From NCBI RefSeq assembly GCF_030144855.1, contig NC_082717.1:5270001-5334000 (forward strand): DNA of 64,000 nt, in the 5' to 3' direction. A program made the translations under genes and the position numbers. Below the pieces are notes generated by a model. The model was given only the letters and a program-made list of their open reading frames with translations, was not told the DNA's origin and ran no database searches. Below, piece after piece: positions 49,375-61,469 of this stretch; within the stretch, counting starts at the first letter, position 1; the number at the start of each line of letters is the position of its first letter. Origin of the DNA: Hypanus sabinus (lineage: Eukaryota).

Positions 49375-52300
49375 ATCAGACATGTGGAGGATGTTTAAAG
49401 ATCAATTGCACAGAGTACAAGGAAGGTATGTTTCTGTTGGAAGGAAGGATGGCTGTGGAAAGATAAAAGAACCTTGGATGTCCAGAGAGGTGATGAACTT
49501 CATCAAGAAGTAAAAAGAAAAGTTTGTAAAGCTTCGGAAGTTGGGATCATAGAAAGCACTGGAGTAGAAAGAAGCCAGAATAGAAGTAAAGAGGGGAATT
49601 AGGAAAGCTAGCAGTGTTCATGAAATGTCAGTGGCAAGTTTGATTAAGGTGAGTCCAAGGTATCAAGAGCAAGAGGATAACAGGGGAGAGGATGGAACCA
49701 CTCAAAGATACAGGGAGAACATTTGCTTGGATGCAGAAAACGTGAGTCAGGTACTTAATGAGAACTTTGCTTCAGTATTTACCAAGGAAAAGGAAATAGA
49801 GGATCAAGAGATCAGTGGTGAGTGTATGAATACGTTATAGCATTTAGAGTCCAAGGAGGAGGAAGTGTTGGGCCGCCTAAGGAGTATTAAGGTGGATCGA
49901 TCTCTAGAGCTTGATGGGATTTACCCCAGGTTATTGAAAGAGGCAAGAGACAAGATTGCTGGGACCTTGACACGACTGCTGAGAGGCTGATGTTGTACTT
50001 CTATTTAAGAAGGGAACAAGGGAAAATCCTGGGAACTATAGACTGGCAAATCTCAAGTCAGTTGTTGGGAAATCCTTAGGGAAATGATATATGAGCATTT
50101 GGCCTAATTAGGAAGGGCCAGCTTGGCTTTGTGCTTGGCAAGTTGTGTCTTACAAACTTTATTATGCTTCTTTACAAGGTTGGAAGAGAGATTGATGAGG
50201 GTAGGGCAGTGGATGTTGTCCACTTGGATTTTAGTAAGGCATTTGACAAAGCCCTTCATGGGAGGTCACTCCAGAAAATTAAGATCATAAGATTGGTGGG
50301 ATATTTTCTGTTGCTTCAGAACTGGTTTGCATATTGATAATAGAGAGTAGTGGTTGACTGGACTTATTTGTGCTGGAGGCCAGTAATTAGTGGTGTTCTG
50401 TATGGATCTGCATTCTGACCTCTGCTGTTTGTGATGTATATTAATGATCCAGCTGAAAATGTAGATGGGTGTGTTAGTAAGTTTGTGGATGGTACAAAGA
50501 TCGGTGGAGTTGTCAATAGTGTAGAAGACTGGCAAGGATATAGTACCATATAGATTAGTTGAAGATCCGGGCTGAGAAATAGCTGATGGAGTTTAACCCA
50601 GGTAGGGCAAATGCAAACAGTCAGTATACTGTTAAGTACAAGATCCTTAACAGTGTTGCTGAGCAGAGAGATCTTGGGATCCAAGCTAATAATTCCTTGA
50701 AGGTAGTTTCACAAGTCATGAATGTGATTAAGAAGGCTTATGGGATGCTTGCTTTTATTGGTTGAGGGACTGCATTCAAAAGCGAGGAGATTATGTTGCA
50801 ACTTTACTCTTGGGCTTCATCTGGAGTACTGTGTACAGTTCTGGACGCCCCACTAAAGGTAGGATCTTGAAACTTTTGAGAGGGTGCAGAAGTGATTTGC
50901 CAGGATAGTCCTTGGTTTAGAGGGCATGTGCTAACTGGAGAGGTTGAATGAACTTGGAATGTTTTCTCTGGAGCTTCAGAAAATGAAGAGAAATCCAACA
51001 GTTTACAAGATAATGAGAGGTGAAAAGAGAGTAGCTGCTCCCATGATAGAAAAGAGGGCACGCGTTGAAGATGAGATGGGGTAGGTTTAACGGGGAGGTG
51101 AGGGGTAAGTTTTTTACTCAGAGTCGTGGATGCCTGGAATGTGCAGCATGGTCTGGTGGTACAGGCAAATATATTAGAGGGTTTTAAGATAAGTTTGGAT
51201 AGGTACATAGATGTAAGGAAGATGGAGGGATATGGACATGGTTTAAGTAGGAGGGATTAGTGTTTGGCTATTTTTGGTTTGTTTGTTAGCTGGTTCAGCA
51301 CACAATTGTGGGCAGAATGGCCTGCTCCTATGCTGTTCTGTTTTGTGCTCTATGTTCCATGTAGAGATTGACAGGTATGATGTTGTGGACATGAATGAGC
51401 TGTGGCTGAAAGAAAGGAGCTTATTTGTTAAAAATAAAATCAAATCATTAGAAAGAGGTGACAGAGAATAGGAGGAAAAGAATACTTTTGGGTAGAGTTA
51501 AGAAACAACAAGAGAAAAAGATGTTGGTGGGAGTTATATATAGGCCTCCAAACAATAGACACGATGTGGATTACAAATTACAACGGGAGATAGAAAAGAC
51601 ATCTCAAAAGGTCAATGTTGCGATAATCATAGATGATTTTATTATGCAGGTAGATTGGGGAAAATTGAGTTAGTGCTCGATCCCAAAGAGTGAACTTATA
51701 GAATGCCTCTGGGATAACTTTTTGGAGAAGCTTTGGTTGAGCCTACTGAGGGAATGGCAGTCTGAAGTGGATGTTATGTAATGACCAAGATTTGATCAGG
51801 AAGTTTAAGGTTAAATAACCCTAAAGAGACGGTGTTCATAACATGAGAGAAGTTGCCCTGCAGTTTGAGTAGGAGAAACTAACGTCAGATGTTTCAGTGT
51901 TAAAGTGGAATAAAGGGAATTACAGAGGTATGAGAGGGGAGTTGACTAAAGTTGGTTGGAAGGGTACACTATCAGGGCTGACAACAGTCTAGTGATGGTT
52001 GGTGTTCCTGGGGGAATTCTGGAATGTAAAGATACATCCCAAAGGCAAATATGGCTGACAAGAGAAATCAAAGACAGCATAAATACAGAAGAGAGGGTAT
52101 ATAATAGAGCAAAACTTAAGGAAAAGGAATGGGAAGCTTTTAAAAACCAAGAGAAGACAACTAAAAATCCATAAAGAGGAAAGATAAAATATGAAGGTAA
52201 GCTAGCTGATAATATAAAAGAGTATACAAGAGATTTCCAGATATATAAAGAGTAAAAGAGAGGCTAGAGTGGATATCGGTCTACAGGAAAATGATGATGG

Positions 52301-53780
52301 AGAGGTAGTAATGGGGGATGAAGAAATGGCAGATGAACTTATAAATTATTTGGCATTCCTCTTTCCTGTGGAAGACTAGCAGGAAGCGAGAACTACATGA
52401 CTGTCAGGGGGCAGAGGTGTGTGTCATTATCATTAAGGAGAAGATGCTGGGGAGCTGAAAATTCTGAAGGTACTGTAGATAAATCACCTGTACTAGATGA
52501 ATTACACCCCAGGCTTCTGAAAGGGGTGGCTGAAGAGACTCTGGAGGTAGTAGCAATTGTCTTTTAAGAATCTCTAGTTTCTGCAAGGTTCCTGAGGCTG
52601 GAAAATTGCAAATGTCACTCCTGTCATTCATAGGGGAGAAAGGCTGAAGAAAGGAAATTATAAATTGGCTCGCCTTATTTCAATGGTTGGAAATGTGTTG
52701 GAGTCTATTATTAAAAATGAGCTTAGTAATCCTTAATCATTTACCTCATTCTGAATAAAAGACACCAGATAAAACAGGCTAAAGTCATGGTTTTCTGAAG
52801 GAAAAATCTTACCTGACAAACCTGTTGGAATTCTTTGAGGAAATAACAATCAGGACATACAAAGAAGAGTCAGTGGATGTTGTTTATTTGGATTTTCAGG
52901 CCTTTGACAAGTTATCACACATGACACTTAACGGGATAAAGACCCATAGTATTACAGGAAAGATACAAGCGTGGAGAGAAGATTGGTGAAGATTTTCTAT
53001 GTTTCTATGTTTTTCTATGACAGCAGGCAAAGAGTGGGCATAAAACGGGCCATTTCTCGGAAGCTGCCAGTGACTAGTGATGTTCAACAGAAATCACTGT
53101 TGGGACTGCTTCTTTTTGAATGATTTATCAATGATTTGAATGACAGAATTGATGGCTTTGTGGCCAAGTTTGTGTGTGATATGCAGATAGGTACAGGGGC
53201 AGGTAGTATTGAGAAAGCAGAGTGTCTGCAGAAGGACTTAGACAGCTGGGGGAATAGGCAAAGAAGTGCCAAATGGAATACAATATGTATGGTCATGCAC
53301 TTTGTCAGGAGGAATAAAGGCATGGACTATTCTGTAAATGAGGAGAAAATTCAAAAATCAAAGGTGTAGAGAGACTTGGGAGTCCTTGAGGAGGATTCCC
53401 TGAAGGTTACCTTGAGAGGACATGAATACAAAAGCATGGATGTAATGCTGATGCTTTATGAAGCCCTGGTCAGACCACACTGGGAATATTGTGAGCAGTT
53501 TTGGGACCCCTGTCTGATCTTGAATGTGCTGGCATTGGATAAAGTCCAGAGGAAGTTTTACAAGAATGATCTCAGGAATGAAAGGATTAATGTATGAGAA
53601 GCATTTGATGTTTCTGGGCCTTTATTCACTGGAACTTAGACAATTGAGGGAGGTATCTCATTGAAACCTATCAAGTATTGAAAGGTATGGATAAAGAGGA
53701 TGTAGAGAGGATGTGTCCTATAATGGTGGAGTCTAGGACCAGAGGACACAGTTCAGACTAGTGGGACATCCATCTTGAAC
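49375..53780 (+). mobile_element. Two successive old CR1 ORF2 remnants (~49375-51360 and ~51480-53780)
   Basis: AVDVVHLDFSKAFDKALHG; VGVIYRPPNN (APE); FVAKFVCDMQIG; LVRPHWEYCEQFWDP. Confidence 0.85.
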
Positions 53781-56315
53781 AGAGAGTGACCATCATACTA
53801 CATCCTGGAGAATGAGGCAGAGGATCAGACCTCGATTGCCTTTATACAGGGGCCTGTGGGAGGAGCCACAGGAGCAGTCAGAAGGGGGCGTGTCCAGACA
53901 GGCACATAGTTCACCACACCCCCCCCATTCTTAAATTCGGCGTTAACTTTGAACCCACCTTCGAGTACAAACACCAGGGAACTCACACTTCCCCCGGTTA
54001 CCACGATTAACCCCTTTCCCACTGAACCAAGTCCATCTGACCCACAAGGACGGCCGCCCCATTCCACTGGATCAGATACCTCAGACTTCTTCTGAGCTCC
54101 GTTACCAGGTTCAGCACCTCATGCATCCCCATCTCGGACACACTCAAACGGGACATTGGCCTCTTCCAGGCTTTCAACACCCATATTCAAATTCTAACTT
54201 CCCCCGATCCTCCCAGTTACTCTCTGGGCAGCTCCCACCCGGGGAAGGCGCAACCCTGCGAGCTGAAACAACCTCCTCAGCCCTTTCAGCAGACCCCTTC
54301 GAGGCAAGGGTATCCTTTCCATCTAGGACTGCCCTCCTCTCATTATCGGGAACACCTTTAGAACTCTGAAGTTCTTCAAACAATTCTGCCAAACCAGACA
54401 GATCATCCATGTCCAACTCTGGACCTTTTAACAGCTTTACCTGTTTCTCATCTTTATTTCCTACCTTTAGGACCTTTCTCTTCACTAAAGTCAGATCTAT
54501 CTCCTTTCCCTTACGCCCTTTCACTTTACTACCCTTCGTCTTACCACCCTCTAAACCGTCATGGCACAGGGTCGGCAAAGACGTCTCGGCCAAATCAAAA
54601 CTGGCCAGATTTAAACTGCTCTCGTTCACAGCTCTCTCTCTCAACAGGCTGCAAGTGACCGCGCCGGCGAGATGGTCCTTGGGCGCTAGGGATGGGGCCA
54701 CCATACTCGCCGGTCACCAGGTCGGCAGCATGGCTAACCAAACCTTACCCCCTGCTAAGTTGTTTCCCAGCAGCATGTCCACGTCAGCTTTCGGGAATTC
54801 TGAGGGCACCCCTATTTCAACTGATCCATACACCAGCTCACAATCCAGGATGACCTTATATAAGGGTACCATTTCTATCCGTTTATTTATTCCTTCCACC
54901 TTTACCATGCCCGTTTCCCGACCAAATTCTAGTACCTTACGGCTAACCAGGGATAGGTCAGCCCCCGTATCCCTCCAGATTCGTACGGGAACTGGTGTGT
55001 CTCCCTCCGTCACAGACATGGTTCCGTGTGACAGACAACTCCCAGAGCCTTCTCGTACTCTGTCTACCCTCGGCTCTCTCTTGCCTTTCCCCCTCTCTCT
55101 CTCTCAGCCACTTCCAGCTCTTTTAACTTAATTTCACGTTCCAACTTTAATTTCTCCACCTCTAACTGAACCGTCCCCCTTGATGGTACTTTGTCAGGGA
55201 TATCTTCCAATACCTCATCTTCAAACACATTCTTCTCAACGTAATACTGAGTTATGGCCCTTCGTACCTCCCGCTTTTTCATGGACGACCTCACTTCTGT
55301 GAGGTTCAACCCCTTCACTAAATTTAACAAGTCTGATTTTGTGGCCACCTCTAGCACCCCCACCGTCGGGTTTTCCATAAATTCACCCAGGTCCGTCTTT
55401 GCTGGTTTCCTGTCTGGCTACCTGCGTAACCAGATTCAAGTTTTTGATTTACAAGCCCAATTCACTGGCCTCCCAATTTGGTGTCAAATCCCGGATGAGC
55501 CCCCAACTGTTATGAATCCCGTAACTGGAGAACTTACCAGCAAAGATAGAGAGGTCCGTTGAAGTCTGATGTCACTATTTTCAAATGTTTTATTTATAAA
55601 GGGACACAAAAGTAGGGTTAATACATACATTCAGATAGTGCACATTGTCAACACTCAATCTAAAGCACGGGTATAGTAATAATCATCATTAAGAAGTGAG
55701 CTCTGCTGTTGTCTAGGGGTTAATAGATTGTCCATTGGAAATATAAAAGTCACTCAGAAAGTCTGCAGGCCTCAGCCCTTTGAAAATCGCTGGGTTTCAC
55801 GTGGGGCGACCGAGAGAGAGAGATTGGGGGAGAAGAGAAAGAACTTGCCGAGTCTCGATGAATCTTCCGTGAAATCGGGGGAGCGTTGGTTTCCTCTCCC
55901 TGATGTTAGTTAAAAGCGGTTTTCTGTGATTCCAGCCACAGATTCCAATCCCGGAATCTAACGCACGTGGCTTCCTTCAGAATGGCTTCCCGCTGCTGCT
56001 GGATCACTCTCTCGTGTCTTCTTGGTGCGTCTGAGGGGGCTGTCCCCCTGAGACTCTCCTTTATACTTCCTCACGGGGTCGCAGTTGTCAATCAGGTTGG
56101 GATGATGCAATCTCTCTCTCAACCAGCCCACCTTGCCCGAGGGCTTTTCACGTGGTCTCCATGAGACAATAGTCGCTGTCATCTTATTCTGTATCCCGGG
56201 TGGGACGTGCAATTTGACACGTTTCTCTCTCTCTCTCACTTCCTGGGTCTACTGACCCCCCCCCCCAACGGGTGCTCTTGCAATTCTCACAAAGGAGGGG
56301 GCTGGGATCATAACA
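53781..56315 (-). mobile_element. Non-autonomous Gmr1-like Gypsy element: 808-bp 5' LTR (55508-56315), gag start, aspartic protease, duplicated SCAN piece, PPT, short 3' LTR (53781-53918)
   Basis: LTR termini TGTTATGA...TCATAACA; protease VPVRIWRDTGADLSL...MLLGNNLAGGKVW; PPT AAGAATGGGGGGGG followed by TGTGGTGAAC. Confidence 0.9.
55488..55505 (-). promoter_or_regulatory. tRNA-Pro primer binding site
   Basis: TGGGGGCTCATCCGGGAT (17/18 to the canonical tRNA-Pro PBS), 2 nt after the LTR end. Confidence 0.85.
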
Positions 56316-56769
56316 TATCCACTTTGACATTGTTTGCTAGCTTGCTTTCATATTTCATCTTTTCCCTCCTTCTGATTATTTTAGTTGCTCTCTGTGGGTT
56401 TTTAAAAGCTTCCCAATCTTCTGTCTTCTGACTAATTTTTGCTTTGTTGTATGCCCTCTCTTTTGCTTTTACATTAACTTTGACTTTCCTTATCAGCCAC
56501 AGTTGTACTATTTTGCCATTTTGACTATTTCTTTGTTTTTGGAATACAGCTATCCTGCATCTTCCTCATGTTTCCTTGAAACTCATGCTATTGCTGCTCT
56601 GCTGTCATCCCTTCCAGCATCTGCTTCTGTTATACTTTGGCCAATTCCTCTCTTATGCTACTGTAATTTCCTTTACTCCACTGGAATGCTGTTACATCAG
56701 ACTTTACTTTCTCCATATGAAATTTCAAGTCAAACTCAATCATATTGTGATTTCTGATAATCGCAGAGT

Positions 56770-57185
56770 CCTGGTTTTGAGAATGGTACTTTTGGTGTCA
56801 CCTGGCTGAGCTGCTGATATTCTTACAATTATTATGAATAAACTCTGGCTATCATCTCTAACCAGAGTCTGTCTTTCCTGCACACTTGGGTTCCAACATT
56901 GCCAGCGCCCGTCGTGACGGTCAGTTTGTTTGAAGTTGATGGAGGGTGGGAGACTGACTGGACAGGCACCTGAATAGTTCAGCAGCCAGGCCGAGGGAGA
57001 AACCAGTATCTTTGTAATGTTGAAGTAATGGGTATGCTAACTTATAAAGTCATTACTTCCTCTTCAGTTAAATTGCTAAAACATTTAGAATAAAACTGGA
57101 ACTCTTGCAACAGTATTTGCATTCTACTTCCACTTTCTGAGATATATTACTGGACTGATTGTTTGCAAGAGGCACTTGCTGAATC
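56770..57185 (-). pseudogene. Ig/TCR-type V-domain relic (opposite strand), truncated by CR1
   Basis: SPVIYL...VECKY; YWFLPRPG; uninterrupted NPSVQERQTLVRDDSQSLFIIIVRISAAQPGDT then TAC-CAT-TCT (YHC with C to S). Confidence 0.6.
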
Positions 57186-58092
57186 CTTTCCATCAATAAT
57201 GCAGAAAACGTTAACCTGCTATTTTATCAAGTCTACACGTCACACACATCAAAGCCTCAATAACAACATTTGGAAATAGCACCTGCAAAATACGTAAGCA
57301 GATGTGGCTTGACTTGCTTCTCTGCTTCTATATCGATTTCCCAATATGAATAGATTCTGCATTTGTTTTCATTATTATTGGGGTGCAGTCTGGAGTCAGC
57401 CCTTCTGGCCTTTTGAGCCACGTCACTCAGCAACATCCCAATTTAATCCTCGCTCAATCAAGGGGCAAATTACAATGACCAATCAATCTACTAACAAGAA
57501 CTCCTTTGAACTGTGGGATGAAACCAGATCACCAGGAGGAAACCAACTCGGTTACAGGGAGAAATACAAATTAATTACAGGTAGGGGCAGGAATTGAACC
57601 AGGATCATCTGCACTGTAAAGCATTGTGCTAACCACTACGCTACTGTGTACCATGTGAGCCCATGGATTGTGGAATCAGTTCAGTGTTGAGGTGAGTGAA
57701 GCTATCCATGCTGGTTCAGGTGCCTGCTGGTTAAGAGGTGATAACCATTCCTGAACCTGGTGGTGTGGGACCAAAGGCTTCTGCATCTCCTTTGTGATGG
57801 CAGCAGTGAGAAGTAAGCATGGCCTTGATGATAGTGGTTCTTGATAATATATGCTGCTTTCTTGAAGCAGTGCTCAATGGGGAGAGGTGATGGACATTTT
57901 CTGCGATGGATTGGGCTGAATTCACTAATGTTGTAGGCTTTCTGTTCCTGAATGTTGGTGGTTCTATACCAGGATGTGGGGCAACCAGTCAGGATACTCT
58001 GCACTGTGCCTATCTATAGCAGTTTGTCAGTTTTAGATGACATGCTGAATCTGAGCCAACTCCTTAGTTTACTACAACATTGTTCTGCAAAG

Positions 58093-58250
58093 TTTGGTCA
58101 GGTTACCTTTAGAAGTTGTTGCACAAAAAGAAGCTCTTATTATGTCCCAAATGATAATATACAGAAACAAGGGAAAATTCACCATGATAGAAACAGAACC
58201 GATACCATAAAAATAGATTCCAAATCCAACATAATAGCCAAACAGTGACA
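58093..58250 (+). pseudogene. Lambda-like V relic with internal deletions
   Basis: One frame: GQVTFRSCCTKRSSYYV...QKQGK-IHHDRNRTDTI-KIDSKSNIIAK; flanked by Rex and CR1. Confidence 0.4.
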
Positions 58251-58569
58251 TAATAGAAACATAGAAAACCTACGCCATAATACAGGCTGAAAATACACTT
58301 ATTTTAGAGATTACTTAGGGTTACACATAGCCCTCTATTTTCTAAGCTCCATGTACCTATCCAGGAGTCTCTTAAAAGATCCTATCATATCCACCTCCAC
58401 CACCATTGCCGGCAGCCCATTCCACGCACTCACCACTCTCTGCATAAAAAACTTACCCCCGACATCTCCTCTGTACCTTCTTCTAAGCACCTTAGAACTG
58501 TGCCGTCTCATGTTAGCCATATCAGCCCTGGGAAAAAGCCTCTGACTATCCACACGGGAAGTCGATGAG

Positions 58570-58780
58570 AAGTCCCTCTCATTCCATGTCCCTCTTCTAG
58601 CCTCAAACAACATCACTCCACTTTTCATCTCCCACAGTCTCACTATTCTTCCCAAATTCTTCATCTGTGAGTGGTTATTTTAGATTTTGGAACTGAGTTT
58701 CCTGTGGAAACATGAGGCTGCAGATATAGTCCTGATGAAGAGTGGACTTTGGAGCTCCATGAGTGAGAATGTACTGACCA
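58570..58780 (-). pseudogene. Possible leader intron + 5' V relic
   Basis: GTCAGT...TGTTTCCACAG intron of ~77 nt, then GNS..., LGRIVRLWEMKSG (like GxTVRLxCxMxSG), EGLLI; cut by CR1. Confidence 0.25.
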
Positions 58781-59519
58781 CAAGGTCACACAGCTCCCCT
58801 TCCTGCCCCACAGGATCGGTTAGGTCTTCTCATGGATATATAGTTTACAACAGAGAAACAGGCCCTTTGGCCCACAACAATGTGTTTCTATACTAATCCC
58901 ACAAGTCCCGAACTGTGCACAGTGCTCCAAGTGCAGCCAAACTGGTGATTTCTAAAACTATAAGATGATGTCAGTTCCTAAAGGGTTTCATAGCTGGAGG
59001 GGGTTGTGAGAAACGTTGGGTTACTAAAAACCCGTCACTCCAGGCAGGTGGGACTTGTTAGCTGTAGTTGGCAGCTCATCTGGGAGAAGGAAGACTCTGA
59101 TCTCAAACCTCCACTGCCTTGTGGCTATGCCCACTCATGGCAAAGTCTCGGGAAGAAAACCCCAATGGAGAAGTCCAGACCAGAAGTCCCTACGGCAGTC
59201 TGACTTGGAGATCAATACTGAATGGCAACTCCTGCAACATCACTGGTTCCAAACTGTATTGGTCTCTGCCGTTCCTTTGGATTCATCATCTGTGTGGAGA
59301 GGGGGAGCCTGCTACACGGACAATAGTTTAGCACAAGGAAGTTACCTGAAATTGGAAATTTGATGTTCATTGTCAAAGTCTACAACATGCCCAGATGGAA
59401 GTTGAGGCATTACATCTCTGCAATAGCACAGGAGGTCACAGACTGGGAGGTCAGAGTGTGAGTGGGATGGGGAATGAAAATGGAAAGCAACAGGAAGTTC
59501 AGAGATTCCCCTCGAGGCC

Positions 59520-60090
59520 AGCTTGAAGAATTCTCTGACAAACTACCACTGACACGTCACCTGGGAACCAGAGGAGCCACACCTCGATGAACACTTACTG
59601 GGCCATCCTGCAGAGAAACTCTGGCGAGATCGATCTCCTGGCTGTACTTCTACTCCAACATAAAGAGCACAGCACCAGTGCTGAGAACCGCAAAGGTAGG
59701 ATTATGGGAGATGGAGGAGCATTTACAGGACTGCTTTGAATCAGTGGACTTGACCATCTTCAGGAATTTATGTTTGGATGTCTTTGAGAATGTATTGAGT
59801 CTTTCGATACCAGAAGCCCAGGATGAACCAGGAAATTCACAGTCAGCTGACTGTGCTCAAGACCAGCAATCCGGACCCAAACAAGAAGTCCAGGTTCGAC
59901 CAATCACTGAGAGCAAAAAAGGCAATTGCATGTGGTCAGAGACACAATCAGATGCACAACAGCTGTGGCAGAGTTTGCAGGCCACTCTGCAATGCCCTGG
60001 TAAAGGTTTCACTGATAATATTGCGGGGTAATTCATGAAATGGTCGTTCTGCAGAAGCAGTGTTTGGATTATCGTTAGTGATAACGGGCT
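59520..60090 (+). mobile_element. Rex/Babar APE-end/linker fragment
   Basis: LAVLLLQHK...APVLRTAKV...EHLQDCFESVD. Confidence 0.7.
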
Positions 60091-60564
60091 GAGGAATGTG
60101 AGCCTCCCAATCAGGAGAGAAGCTGGGTAAACTGGACTTTTTCATGCCTGACACTGATGTGAACCGGGGTCATTGTTCAGTGGGGGATGAAGAGAGAAGA
60201 CATCGTAGAGAACCGGTCTTAGGATTCGATCCAGTGGGAACCGTGATTGGATGGAGCAAGGTGCGGGAGTCTACTGAGGATTGGTGAATATGACTTTTGG
60301 AAGAGTTGAGCGCCAACCTGGGCACATTTGATTGTTTAATTATAATTGGCCCTTTTTTTTTCTTTTCCTTTTTTCCCCTTTACTCTCTTTAAATAAGTTA
60401 ATATTCATAAATATACGTCCTTTAATTAAATGCAGTGTGTGCTCTGTTTTTTCCTGGCAACAAGTTGCAACAGAGCAGCAAAATACACAGCATTTACCCA
60501 AGCTAGGGTTTGGGTGGGAGAGACATCCCAATCTCACAGATTTGGTGGGACTGGGGTGTGTAAT

Positions 60565-60777
60565 TGATGCACCATCAATAACTCACACTGAGACGTAAGG
60601 CGAGATATCGGCTTTTATTGACTGGAAGAAGGAACCAGGAGTGAGTGTCCATCATACTATGACCTGGAGACTGAGGCCGAGCGTCAGGCCTCAGATCGCC
60701 TTTATACAGGGGCCTGTGGGAGGAGCCACAGGAGCAGTCAGCAGGGGCGTGTCCAGACAGGCACATAGTTCACCACA
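60565..60777 (-). mobile_element. Solo LTR (213 bp) with perfect 5-bp TSD GTAAT
   Basis: Minus strand TGTGGTGAACTATG...GGTGCATCA, TATAAA and AATAAA present; GTAAT at 60560-60564 and 60778-60782. Confidence 0.9.
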
Positions 60778-60819
60778 GTAATCTCTAGACATACACGGAT
60801 GAGAACAATGGATCATCAT

Positions 60820-60990
60820 TGAGAGACTGCCATGGGGGGCTCACTAGCCATTTCCAGAGATAACCGGAATGAAAGGAGTTCATTGTCGGCACTCATCTGG
60901 GACGGAGTTTGGCTAGTTGAGCATTGATCCAGTGGGTTGTGTGTTTAAGCTTGTGTTAAACTATTGTCTATTAAAGTGATTTAGATACAT
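60820..60990 (+). pseudogene. Possible kappa-like V relic
   Basis: ETA..., LA-FQR*P, then one frame GVHCRHSSGTEFG*LSIDPV...NYC with near-canonical I-to-C spacing (14 vs 13). Confidence 0.3.
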
Positions 60991-61469
60991 GGCTATGGAC
61001 GCTGAAGGGGTTGAGTAATGGTGCAAAACAACAGAATTCCTGGCAGAAAAAGTGTGTGTATTGAGTGGAGTGGAGATTCATAGTCCCAGTGATTGCTGAA
61101 TTGCTGATTTTGACTTTAGGTGCCACTACAGCTTTAGGACTAATTACAATCAAGAAGCGGAGGTTTGATAAGATGGCAGGCAAAGATATCGTTTTAGTTC
61201 AGACAAGCACTGACATAACCACAGTGGAACTGTCTGGTAGTATTGGGACTTTAAGAGAAGGGTGGCCATGGACTCTGCATATTTTCGGAGAAGAGGAGAC
61301 TGAAGGCAAGGGTGCCAAATTGGAAACCGAGTTTCCTGTATCTGGGGGTGGAGACTTTAAAGACAAGCCACTCTTGTTTCTATGGAGCGAGTGGAAGGAG
61401 GGTCTGATCTGGAAGTTGTAATGAGTTCAAGTGCAAGGGGTGAGTAATCTGAGTTGATGTTGACCCGTA

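Noticed and set aside
57115-57122. Perfect Ig octamer ATTTGCAT as a promoter
   Set aside because: It coincides with the E-C-K codons of the minus-strand V relic and has no leader at promoter distance; other octamer matches lie inside TE tails.
59560-59680. YWAILQR as a V FR2
   Set aside because: Belongs to the Rex/Babar endonuclease end (…LAVLLL..K..APV.RT.KV).
61219-61260. CACAGTG heptamer as an RSS
   Set aside because: No nonamer at 12 or 23 bp. The same applies to CACTGTG at 16234, CACAGTC at 9029 and nonamer-like ACAAAAACA at 45278.
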